This document shows positions 51,628 through 64,000 of a stretch of DNA of 64,000 nt, piece after piece (the first letter of the stretch is position 1; each line of letters starts with the position of its first letter). A program made the position numbers and the translations under genes. Below the pieces are notes generated by a model. It had not been told where the DNA came from. It did not search any database and saw nothing but the letters and a program-made list of their open reading frames with translations. This DNA is from Penicillus capitatus (taxonomy: Eukaryota; Plantae; Chlorophyta). Location of the stretch: positions 984,865-1,048,864 of the forward strand of contig OZ287705.1 in assembly GCA_965649825.1 (NCBI GenBank), given 5' to 3'.

Positions 51628-51740
51628 GACGTCGGTTAATGCTTGACAGCACGGAAACGAAACGACGACCACAACCACAGCATATCGCAAACGTCACATC
51701 GCTAAGGTCCATTCTATTGACGGTATACCACATAAGCGCA

Positions 51741-53175
51741 ATGTCATGCTCAATGACGGCCGGAAGGTGAATTCTGTCCTCACGGTGTATCGGGAAGGAT
51801 GTCTGGCAATACAGGCCACTAGGGAGGGCGTTACGTCTGCTCTGTCGTTCCTTTGCATCGAACGAAATGGTCAACGATCGCCGTCTCGTACTTGACCAGA
51901 TACTGGACATGGTGTGTGATCACTAGTCGAATGGACCTGCTGTATTTGTGGACAAAAATACCAAAGTGATCTGTCAGGGAATCACAGGGAACAACGGAAC
52001 CTTTCATACACAACAGGCACGTCCCATCATGTCACGACCCAATACACTGAGCCAGGGATGCAGGCCATTGAGTATGGAACACAGATGGTCGGTGGCGTGA
52101 CCCCCAAGAAGGGTGGACAAATGCATCTCGGCCTGCCTGTCTTTAACAAGGTCCAAGAGGCTAAAGCGGCAACAGGTCAGACACAGGATCGACACAGCAA
52201 GCATCTGTCGGCGCATCTGCATAGGATGTCATGCATCGGTGATCTATGTACCGCCTAAGTTTGCCGCATCTGCCATTCTGGAAAGCGTCGAAGCCGAACT
52301 GGACTTAGTTGTATGTATCACGGAAGGCATTCCTCAACACGATATGGTATGACATGGGTACTGGATTCATCGACGTGTGAGATGGAGTGTGTTTAGATAC
52401 GTGTGAAACGAGAGATGGCAGGACAGACGAAGACACGGCTCATTGGACCCAACTGTCCCGGTATTATCAAACCGGCCGAGTGCAAAATTGGCATCATGCC
52501 TGTGGGTATTGATCACATGCTGTCTCCATTTGATGCAGGTTCTCCACAGGGCTACATTCATCAGCCGGGAAAAATTGGTATTGTCTCACGTTCGGGCACC
52601 CTCACTTACGAAGTGTGACATCACTCTTTTCCTTTGCTGTCCTTTTCATTTTTCGTGCATGCATACACAGGCGGTGTTTCAGACAACGGCGGAGGGTCTA
52701 GGTCAGTCAACAGTCGTTGGCATCGGTGGCGATCCTTTCAACGGAACGAATTTTGTCGACTGCATCGAACGATTCATCCACGATCCACAAGTCCTCTCCC
52801 CTGTCGACTCTCCCCTCGACCCATGTCCTGTGCAGACGGAAGGGATCATCATGATCGGCGAGATCGGAGGCGTAGCCGAAGAACAAGCAGCCGAGTATAT
52901 TAAACAGTCCGGGACAACGAAACCGGTCGTCTCATTCATTGCTGGTCTAACAGCGCCACCTGGTCGTCGGATGGGACATGCAGGTGCCATTATTTCCGGA
53001 GGCAAAGGGGCTGCAGGAGACAAGATCCAGGCACTTGAAGAAGCAGGTAAACAGGATGCATACAATCCTCTTGACGGTCAACTATCCCCTCTGCAAAGGT
53101 GTCCGAATTGCCCGGTCTCCTGCCCAGATGGGTCGCGTCATGAAGGAATTCATGCAAGAAAGAAACCTACTATAG
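51741..53175 (+). CDS. SUCLG1: Succinyl-CoA ligase alpha subunit, mitochondrial
   Basis: [58 protein letters not shown] and RRMGHAGAI. Nine introns of 45-58 nt, one GC-AG (52017-52063). Confidence 0.97.
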
Positions 53176-53274
53176 AAACCCCTACTGCTCTCTTCTGTCG
53201 TCTCATACAGACAAAAACAATGAAATGTGTCTTTCACTCACATACGCACCATGTTTGCTAAACAGGGCCAGTCG

Positions 53275-53695
53275 TCAATCGTTCGACTGTCGGTACTGAG
53301 ACGTATCTAACACTTGCTTTCCGCACATGGCGCAGATTCCTGAGGATAATGTTGTTTATGAGAAAAGAGTGAGAGATGTGACCTTTCTTGTAGGCACAGG
53401 TGTGGCAGTAGTACGCTTCTTGATGCAGCGGAGCTTTGCATGTCCGGCATTTGGCCTTCTCTCCATAGGGTGCCCATCTAGGTCACACTTTTGACGACCC
53501 GGCAGACCACATCGTATCACACCTCTGCCTCTTCGTCAGCAATTTGTTCTCATTGATCTTTCGAGAAGACCCGCTACTTGTGCTCCCCTTCTTATAAGGC
53601 TCCGGGCAGGCGACCTACGTACAAAGCATGGGGTATGTTGGGTGCACACTTAAGTGAACCTTCGTCAATTTCTTCTCGCATTTTGAACAGACCAT
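53275..53695 (-). CDS. CRIPT: Cysteine-rich PDZ-binding protein CRIPT
   Basis: The four-exon splice gives MVCSKCEKKLTKVACPEPY...RKINENKLL...KCRTCK...YYCHTCAYKKGICAMCGKQVLDTSQYRQSND*. The ORF track does not recover it. Confidence 0.93.
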
Positions 53696-53767
53696 TTTCC
53701 GAGGTCCACCCAAAAGACTTGTCTATGTAATGGTCGGACTCTGGACGGATGTGACGTATCACTCGGA
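53696..53767. promoter_or_regulatory. Minimal bidirectional promoter/5'UTR region between CRIPT and ispF
   Basis: 72 bp between the CRIPT ATG (firm) and the inferred ispF ATG. Confidence 0.55.
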
Positions 53768-54798
<1,031 letters not shown>

Positions 54799-55217
54799 AA
54801 AGACATCTCATTCTTTCTTTTTTGTGACTTTATGTGTGAGAACATCTGGGCACAGAGATGACTTCGATGCCGTCTTCAATCTTCAAATGATCAAATGGCG
54901 ATTTATATGTCTACGATCGATTTTAACAAGTCATGCTGGACTCATTCATTTCTCGTGAGGCGTCCAAACACTCTAGAAAAGAAACGAGTGCCATGATGAG
55001 ACATCATCAGTGTTCATGATTCGTGTTTGAAATGGATGGACAAGGTCGGATGTCGGATACATAAGTTTATGAAATGTCAGGAACGAGTTCCGTTATTTGA
55101 AAGCACCTCTCACACAAAGATAGACTTACAAGCAATCCTGGAACTGCTTATTGGTTATTTCAACGACTGACTGACTGAAGTTGGAATTGTGTTGAAAGTG
55201 GACTCTTAAGTTCCATT

Positions 55218-55239
55218 CGCCGCCGCCGCCGCCGCCGCC
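55218..55239. repeat. (CGC)7 microsatellite
   Basis: CGCCGCCGCCGCCGCCGCCGCC in the convergent ispF/LRR spacer. Confidence 0.9.
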
Positions 55240-55437
55240 TCAATCGAGTTTCTTAGGAATCTTGATGGACGGCTGCGGCTCCGAAATTCTGAAATCTCCA
55301 GCCAGTCCTCGACGATTTCTGCGGCGAAATGTTCGCACGCGGCGACGTCGATGCCTATTTTTCTACATCATGCCAAACAGTCTGTCAAATCAACCACTCT
55401 TTCTCAAAGATGATCCATACCGGCCTGGAAGTCGGCG

Positions 55438-57154
55438 TCAGTTCCACAGCCATCTTCGCAGACTTTCTGGATTCGATAAAACTCCGGGAAACTTTCTTCT
55501 GCGAAGATCCTGAAAGATGGTGAAAATGCATTCAGTAGACGAAGGTGTGCATGTATGGGGCATAACCTTCGAGGGCACTCTTGGATCTACGTGGTTTGAC
55601 ACCTGAAGAGTTCGATCGTCCGTCCAGATCCGAAGCGTATCCCTCCGGTCGAATTTCGCTCGGTCCTGCGACAGGTCTGAGTATTGGACAGCTGGCGGCG
55701 AAAGTCGCATCTCACCTGCCAATTCTTCACTCCAGGCCCTTTCCGCCAGAGCCAACATTGGTGTTTTCTTGTAGAGAAAGGCCAGGGCTTTGGGATCGAT
55801 GGATTTTGAGTCGTTGAACGAGGAGTACTCTGAACTATCGCCTTCAGAGATGCTCTCGCTCGTGTAATCCTCTTCCGGTTCGGATTCTGTATGCGATGTC
55901 TCAACAACGGGGCAACAGATGCACACGTCTTGATCCGGATTGATAACGATCGTTGGATTCTCTTGCGGCTTTCTTGGCATCATCGGCGGCATCATCGCCG
56001 TCACTAAGAGCAAGCCATCCACATGGATGCGAGGATGGCATAGAGAGTGTGCGATCAGACCTGGGAGCTGCTGAGTCGGTTCCTCTTTCCTTAAACATCT
56101 CCAAATAAAGCAGCCACAAAAGATGACAAACAAGAACATAATGGACAGGAAGACATTGGTCAAGACGAATTTGAGCTTGCCGCGTTTGCACTCACACCCG
56201 TCGCACCTTGAGCAGTCTGTGTTGAGATTCGTGCCGTTGCCGTAGATGGCAAATGCGTCGTTCTCGGGCACTTCTCCACACATTCCACAGTTTCCAGAGA
56301 CATCCAGCAAAACCAGAGCAGGTAAGTGAAACCAGGCAGCAGGAATCTGCCATTCAAGAGCATTCTGAGCAAGTTGGATGAATTGGACAGCGATTAATGA
56401 GGTCCACTCCTCTGGCAGTACACCGGTCAGCCGATTGTTCGATAGTTCGATTCGGCTGAGATGAATCTTCTCACTCCATGATGACGGCAACGTGCCGTTT
56501 ATGCGATTGTTGGAGAGTTGAATATTCTCTAATCTGTGCAGCGTCTTCCATTGTGGCAATCGTCCCTCCAATTCATTGCCTTTAAGATTCACGGTAGTTA
56601 ACTCTTTGTTTTGCCACCAGATGTCTTGGCAAGCATACTCAGCGCCGCACTCGGGGTCAAACAAGTTGCCATGCAAAGCGTTGTTTGGCAAGGCGATCGA
56701 ACGTAGATTTGATGGTAATGTCGTTGGAAGTCGTCCCTTTAACTGATGATGTGGCGCATTCCCTCTAATCTCTCTAAGACACACACCACCATCCACATCT
56801 TCAACCAATGCGTGTGTGTAACCGCCGTTGCTTACATTCCCGCTATGATGTTCATGTTATCCGCATCGGTGACGCAAGCAATGCCTTCCCAATCGCATTC
56901 TGGAAGATGGTTGATGCCGCATGGGACATTCGCACCGCAAGGATCGGTCCCATGTTTCCAACCACGAAGCTTCAGATTGCTTTTGGACACCAATTCCTGC
57001 ATGTCTGATAGATCAGCCACTGCCATACAAGTTCCCCTTCTGCATGATTATGAAACAGCGGGTAGGGCGCACCGTCCTGTTGAAGAGTTTGTGATTCCGT
57101 CCGTAATGCTGCGAAAATTCCAACGAGAAAAAAAATCCGAAAAAAACGCTGCAT
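55438..57154 (-). CDS. Leucine-rich-repeat receptor-like protein (signal peptide, LRRNT, LRRs, TM, acidic cytosolic tail, no kinase)
   Basis: MQRFFRIFFLVGIFAA signal peptide, an LRRNT cap (W..GTDPC...CDWEGIAC), plant-type LRRs (L.L.NN.L.G.LP..W), a hydrophobic helix (VFLSIMFLFVIFCGCFIW) and a tail with PTIVINPD. Confidence 0.85.
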
Positions 57155-58123
57155 AAGGAAGAATCTTATCTGCACGGATAACAGACCGTTGGCTGATGTC
57201 TGATAAGTGCGGAGGACCTACTGACGTCTTTCTGGAAGCTAGCTTCGCTATTCAGGAACACGCACGCTCTCTCCCTTCAAGGAAGATTTGGCCAACAGAG
57301 GCGTGCGTCTCGCCGAAAGGCAGGTTTGTCTTTCCTTAAACGATGCTGCGTTGCGGGCGCGTCTAATTGAGAGGCTTCAGTGATAAACAACGAAGCATCG
57401 CCGTCGAAATTCGACGAACGCGGAAGCGAACGTAGCGCCACGCGACAAAGATGTTGTACAAACAAAAGCAAAACGCGCCGTATACGGTGGTTAACCGACA
57501 AGAAGAATCGGAGAGTAATTCGCTATTCAACGTTGCTCAGGACCAACACGGACAGCCTGATATTGTCCCGGGGTCCGTACAAGCTTCGTATCAGATGTAC
57601 ATCTGATGTACCTAAGTCGCTCGGAGCCGCTGACGGGTCCGATCTTACGTTGGGGAGCGGAAGGAAAAATGGCCACAGGATTAAAAATGGCATGTTCCTC
57701 GGAGCTTCTGACATGGAAGCACCCTCGTTAGTCATGAACAGTCGGATGTATCTTCACATTGTTTTCGCGTGATATATTTGGAGAGGGCGACGCCGAAAAG
57801 ACCAGGATTCTGTACGATTCTGTGCGTTTTTGTTTTCTTTTGTTGCTTGTGTTGGCTTAGTAAACTGTCCCATCCAGCAAACCGTGCGGATATCTCGCGG
57901 ATGCTATCCGTCTTCTGACCTCTGTTTTCACCTACCGGCAGCGTTCTTGGAAATCTTGGATCGTGTTGTCGCTGCACTTGTAGCGCATACTCGTTTTCTT
58001 TGGGAAACGATTCTCCTTATCAACCGTAGCCATCATTTGCCGAGCGTTTTTTCAGCAACGAATAAGGCTGCGGGAGTCGACGCCCGTCGTAAAGCTCGTG
58101 CTCTTTCAGAAACGCATACGCGC

Positions 58124-61100
58124 ATGTCTTCTCAGGCTTCGAATCTCCCTCTCTCCTTTCCCAGAGATCGGCCTCCCTCTTTCTTTCATAACTTTCGCAT
58201 ACGGCATGGCATGCCTTCCATGGAGATCCGCTTTCCACATCCGATAGCACCCGAGAAGCATCACTTGATTCAAGGAGTACGTTCCATTCTGTTTTTCGCT
58301 GGATCATCAGATAATGGTTCTGCAGATCGATGAAAATTGTTGTTTGTCTTGTGCATTCTCCACCGACGATGCCCTTGTGGCTTTCGGCATGCAAAATGGC
58401 ACAGTACTTGTCTACGATACCGAATCTGGTGGACTGATGTGGACACTCGATGAAGATCGAGAGACGCCCATTCGAGAACTGGCGTTCGTGGATGATCAGG
58501 ATTTGCTTGTCTCTGTAAATGAGGAGAGGCGTTGTGCCGTCTGGGATCTAAGAAACGAACCTGTATGTCTATGCGAAACAGATTTTGCTCCCAGAAGGGG
58601 GATCTCACACATTCTCTCTTCAGAAATGCCATGCCTGTCGGAGAATGGCCGTTTCCTTGCCTTACCTGTCCTCCGAGACACCGCATCTTCATCGTCCTCA
58701 TCATCTTGGCGAATCTCCACTGGCTCCCCGAACATTAAAGCACTCATGGCTCCGAGGGCAACGCAGTCCATGCATGTGCATATCTATTCCACGCTGGATC
58801 GTGACAAAAAGAGTGACTCAAAGCACCCAACTCCACTTGTCACTCTTTCTGTGCGGATGGACGTCGGCGGCGCAACCATGGAGAACATGGATATTGTTCA
58901 ATTCAGTCCATCTGCGTCGCGCATTTTGCTCTTGGCATGCGAGGGAGAGTCTTTCTATCTCGTCCTGTGGCCGTCGATCAGCAACAAAGACATCAGTTTC
59001 AAACTCCGAGGCAACAGAGGGACCTTCAGCTCCGATGATCGATACCTGGCAACATGGTTTGATCCCAGTCCATCATCGGCTGACCACACATGCCTGGTGT
59101 GGGACATGAAGCACCTGGAAGCTGCAGATATCAGTTCGCAGAGCCAGAGCTATCAGCATCCAAGATTTCGCACCTTTGACTGCGTCCGTCTGCGAGATGA
59201 GCGTTTCGAAAATATCCTTGCATGCGGTTTCGTCTCTGTCCATTCTGAACCGTCCATCGCAATGTGCTATTCGACAGAGAAAATCCAGATTGTAATCTTG
59301 TCGCTGTCCATGCAGACGCCGATGTGCATCATCGATACATGCCTTGATGTGACCACACATGCCATCAGCTTTTCTGTCTCCTCTGACCAGCACTGGATTT
59401 GTTTAAACTCCCCGATGACGGGCGATGTTACCGTCTGGAGTGCCGAGCAAGGCATCGAGGTCTTCCGGACGCACCAGAGCCATCCAGAGAAGCCATCGCA
59501 ACATTTCTGGTCGGATGTATCTCTTAGTCACACATCGAGGTACATGCTCCTTGCGGAAAATCACCAAGCAGATCTCCTGAACCTCACACCACTCCATTCC
59601 ATGTGTCCATCACCGTACACCGTTCTAACGGGGTCCGAGACCGAAACGATAGAGAGACAACCGATCTTTAAGTTCTCGCTCGATGGACGGTTCATTGGAC
59701 TGTTGATGGCTCCAGGAAATTGCCTGGATGTGTGGTCTCTTCAGAATAAACGGCATTTGAAGTTGGACTGGAAAGGAATCGTCCAAGCGCATCGTTCTCG
59801 ACCGAAAGCAAATCGCACAACATCATTCGAGATCGATCTCATGCTTCATCAATTTGCCTTGTCTCGGAATGGCGACTATGCAGCCAGTTGCATGGGAGAC
59901 AGCTCTGTTTTGCTATGGCAACTCACGACATCTATCGAATGCCGTTTTGTGGCAAAGTTGCCATCAGACTGCTTTCTGCCTCGAGACATCTGTTTTTCCC
60001 ACGACCCGAATGGAACGTGGCGTCTGGTCGTCTGTCAAGACCAAGGAGATCTCATCTGGTTGGATCCAGATCAGGGTCAGATTATCAAGATCGTGCCGGC
60101 AGAGGGCAGTAGAGTTTGTCGGTTTTCGCTCGATGGCACCAGAGCCGTCATGATGTCGGATTTGTTCACCGTTCATATCTGGGATTTGGTACAGCAGACA
60201 GCGTTACACTCCATGACCTACCAAATTCCGCTGCTTTCTCTTCAGAGCTCTCTGATGGAGACGAACATTTTCATGGACGGTCGTTTCTTAGCCGGCTTCG
60301 ACGAGAACATGAAACCCATTGTCTACGAGCACCATCTGACAGAGGAGATGCGCATGGATGAAGTATGTAGCGTTGCCTTTGGGGTATCAGACAACGGCGA
60401 GTGGGGTGTGATGATGCATCGCGTCTCCGATCATACTGAGCCACTAAAGGCAGATGACAGATCGAGAGCCTCCTTCTATCAGAAAAGGTGTCGTACATTC
60501 ACTCCGCGAAACGTCGGTGTCCGTGTCAAGAAAAGTCGCACATCCACTCCGAGTCTCATTCCTTTGACAGGCAAGAAAACACAGTTACCTATCCGTATGG
60601 TGATTGGATCATTAGGTGATGGTGTTGTCAAGCGCATGCAGCTTCCAGACAGTCTATCGGTCGAGAGCCATGTCATTTTTTCCGCAGACGGCAAACAGTG
60701 CGCTGCTCTGGATACTTCACAACGTCTGGTCGTGTGGAATGCACACATGACGAAAGGAAATCTCGTCCAGGAATGTGTATGTCTGCAACATGCCTTCCGC
60801 GCAAAAGAACACCCACCTCATCTCATCGATCTCTTACAGACACATCGCAGCGCTTTGCTAAACAGTCGTGATGAGAATGGAATGACTGTGGTGATGCATA
60901 GTGTTTACTACCAAAATCCAGAAATGCTGAAAGAGCTTTTAAGTTGGGCACTGGCAGAAGAATGTAACGTCACACTTGGCGGTCCCATCTGCATTCCGGA
61001 GACAAACAGCACGGCCAAGAATATCATCGATCTTTCGCTCCATATCAACAATCCCGAAATCACAAAGGTCTTTGCTACTGTCTGTGCCCAGGTCTGTATC

Positions 61101-62772
61101 GAGTTGCTCTCTCTGTGACAGATGTTGTTGTTCTTTATTGTGGACGGGGCGACGACAGAGATGAGCACGGCTCAGATTTTCGAAGAATCCCTTATGGATG
61201 TCGCCTCCGTTTACCCCAGCCTCTTCACAGAGCTCTTGGAACAGCCCAAGCTCATGCGACCGCTCCACACCGTCCGCATTCCTGGAAAATGGGTGCGCGA
61301 TGCCAGACATGTGGCCATCACAACGCACAACAACCTTCTGCCCAGTGCAGAAGCGACGAGCCAGATATGGAATAGCAAAGAGACGAAGCACATCAATCGC
61401 CGCGTTGGAAGACTCTGTGGATACATCTCTGCCGAAGCTTCAGTGCGTATTCCTGTCTGATCCCCATATGAGGAGTGAGTCCCGTTCTAGGTGATTCCCA
61501 TCCCCTGCCTGACACACATCACCACAGGATCTGTGCTGCATCGTCTGAACACCTCACATCTGCACGACTCTGTCTATGGATCCGATTTTGTTCGAGCCCT
61601 GGTCGAGTTCAAGTTTAATGCCTATGGTCGAAAGATCGTGCAGAGAGAGTTCTGTGTGCATCTCGTCCTTCTCACCAGCTTCACTTTCGTGGCGATGACC
61701 TTGGCGTGTCGTGGAGTGGAACACAGGACAGGTCTCACGTATATTTTGGCGTTTCTCTCGGCCGTCATTTCAGCAGGCAATCTGTTGCATTACTGCAGGA
61801 CGGCATACGATATGTTGGTCCAGCATGGACTCTATGGGCTGTCCATACTCCAAGAGTTGTATGTACCATGCATGACACTAAAGTGTTTCGTAACATACTT
61901 CTTGGTCGCCTCCGTCATTCCTATTTGTCTCATCTGGTTTCCAGCGTCTCCATTTCTTGGCACATCTATTGGCATATGTTCTTTGGTCCTCTGGATGCGA
62001 TTGGTTCAGTTTTTCGAGACGTCCGATTCTATTGGATCGTTGATCGTTGCTATCGAAGAAGTGGTAAAGGACATTTCGTGGTTTCTGATTCTATTGCTGA
62101 TGTGTGTCATCGGATTCGGTATCTCTCTATTCTATATCATCAACATTTCTCCCGATCCGATCGAGGGACAACATGAGATGGTCCAGTTCGATAGCAAGAA
62201 TCCTTTTCATTCGATCCTTGTTGCCATTATGTTGATGCTGAGCGATGTCGGCAATATCTTTGAAGCCATTCTCAAGAAAGAGGCCGGCATCCGTCAGTAC
62301 ATTATCATGGGCTTCGTTATTTTCTATGTGAATTTGGTGGCCATCATTTTGTTAAATGTGATGATTGCGATGATGGGAGACAGTTACGATCGGGTTCGAA
62401 ACAGTGAGGGGTCCCTCTTTACGAAACGAAAGGCACAAATCATGCACGGCATCGAACTGCGGCTCTCACGGAGGGAGAAGCGCGACATCAAGTAACCCAT
62501 ATCACTCTCATGCGTGAGCGGTCTCTTCTTTATCATGTTCTTTCTTTAGCATGCGCATGGGGCGTTATCTTCATGTGACAAGACTTAGGGATGTTGCCAT
62601 GGCACCGATGGCGCCATGGACGGGACGTCTGAATGCCATCGGCGAGAATATTAGACAAGAGAATCGAGAACTCGAAAGAAGCTTCACAACTCAATTATCA
62701 GATCTGGATGCACGTTTCACACGCATGGAGCAACAATTGTCGAAATACCCGTTACACCAAACAACAACATAG
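58124..62772 (+). CDS. Multidomain protein: WD40 repeats, an ankyrin-like repeat and a TRP-like six-TM ion channel
   Basis: WD motifs (AFSTDDALVAFGMQNGTVLVYD, VHIWDL), RDENGMTVVMHSVYYQNPEMLKELL (ankyrin-like), VRALVEFKFNAYG, six hydrophobic helices and the S6/TRP-type LLNVMIAMMGDSYDRV. Four inferred introns. The start at 58124 is inferred. Confidence 0.82.
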
Positions 62773-62964
62773 GACCTAACCAACAATTGCCAACTTATAG
62801 AGATACCACACTGCTCATCTTGTTGATAAGGACCCTGGGAGATACAGCCAAATGGCCTTTATTAGTTGCATCGACAGATTCGCCTGTCAAAATCGGATGG
62901 AGACGGATTCTGTGGTACGGAAAAGTGGGAGCTAATGCGAAATGAGAACCCGATACCGAAGAAT

Positions 62965-64000
62965 CTAACTCAGTGTACAGCATCTCTTCTGCTGGTGTTT
63001 TGCATTTGGTTCTTCTTCATGTAACAGCCCCTTCTCTTGGATGTCCAACAAACTCTCTAAGATTGTGTCCATGGACGGTCTGTCACTGAGATTGCTTGAC
63101 CAGCATTTAGTCAGTAAGGTTTTCACTTCTGCTGGCCAGTCGCTTGGAAGGTATGGCCTGAAACCGCTCAATACGCTTTCTATGTACTGCTCTACTTCAG
63201 CCGGTATACCACGCAACGAAACAAAGGCCAAAAGCATGCACTTCTGCAGCACCTCATACATCACGATAGCAAACGAATAGACGTCTGCTTTCTCATTGTA
63301 GTTCTCGCTTTTGAGAACCTCCGGTGCCATGTACATGAGGGATCCCGTTCTTCCTGAAAGACGAAAAACATCATCCGTTACTGGCGCCATCCCTCTCTTC
63401 TTGATCGTTTTGGCCTGTTCCGCAAACCTCTTACTGGTTTGTTTAAATGACTTCTTCGATCCCGATTGAGGAATGTTTTCAGCTTTGGGTGGAACCAGTG
63501 CGTGGAGACCAAAGTCGCCAATCTTTGCCACTGTATGCCCTTGACTATCTGACGTCAGCATCACATTCTCAATCTTCAAATCTCGATGGATCACACGCGG
63601 ATTCGAATTGTGAAGATATCTAACAGCCCAAACAACGCATTGCCTTTTGCTCTTGGCTGCTTGCCATCTTACTTCATTCCTTTAGCTATGTTGATGAGCC
63701 ATCGGAGACCTTCCTGTAATGTATAAACGGTGCGGGACGCTTTCATTTGGCTGACAATTTTGGAGTACAGAGTGCCTCTGTTCATAAACTCCGTCACCAC
63801 AAAAATACATTCAGGAGTAACGCTGTCATGCGAAACGCCTGCTTGCTCCACATCCGTCCCCAGTCCAATAAAATCCACAATGTTCGGATGACTGAGTTTC
63901 TTCAGCAGCTGCGCTTCGAGAACAAAATCGTGCAAATCCAGTTCGGATTTAAAAACCTGTCACATTAGGGCATGAGAAACAAGGGGAAGGAATAGATGTC
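62965..64000 (-). CDS. TKL/Raf-like protein kinase, 5' part outside the window, ending in RCCTLS; paralog of 50041-51627
   Basis: IHRDLKIEN, IGDFG, GRTGSLMYMAPEV and KADVYSFA. It shares the K|YLH intron position with the other kinase. Confidence 0.92.

Noticed and set aside
57180-58120. Several 70-170 aa ORFs in the LRR/WD40-TRP spacer
   Set aside because: They have no motifs or consistent splice structure and are best explained as promoter and 5' UTR sequence.

Overview
This is gene-dense eukaryotic nuclear DNA, most likely from a chlorophyte green alga. That is inferred from BRAHMA-type SNF2, VARICOSE/EDC4, an At5g58100-like protein and transit-peptide-bearing IspF. The genetic code is standard, since TAA and TAG terminate conserved genes. 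I assembled 26 protein-coding gene models by hand. Most are split by very short introns (mostly 41-65 nt) with weak donor sites, so most entries in the supplied ORF track are exon fragments or antisense shadows. I found no supportable rRNA, tRNA, CRISPR array or transposon. Main observations: (1) a family of recurrent TCAC/GTGA-containing words (TGATGTGACGT, TCTCACTCTT, GTGTGAGAAGTGTGA) sits almost only in introns and spacers, in both orientations; (2) the YJU2 stop codon overlaps the start of the next same-strand gene, making a candidate bicistronic locus; (3) about 6% of resolved introns appear to be GC-AG; (4) divergent promoters are only 48-257 bp, and two convergent stop codons are 15 nt apart; (5) several proteins have unusual architectures: WD40-ankyrin-TRP-like channel paralogs, a SAWADEE tandem-Tudor reader, a jacalin plus C-terminal F-box-like protein, CaaX-terminated TKL kinases and a kinase-less LRR receptor. 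All exon boundaries and counts were read by eye and need RNA-seq or computational confirmation.
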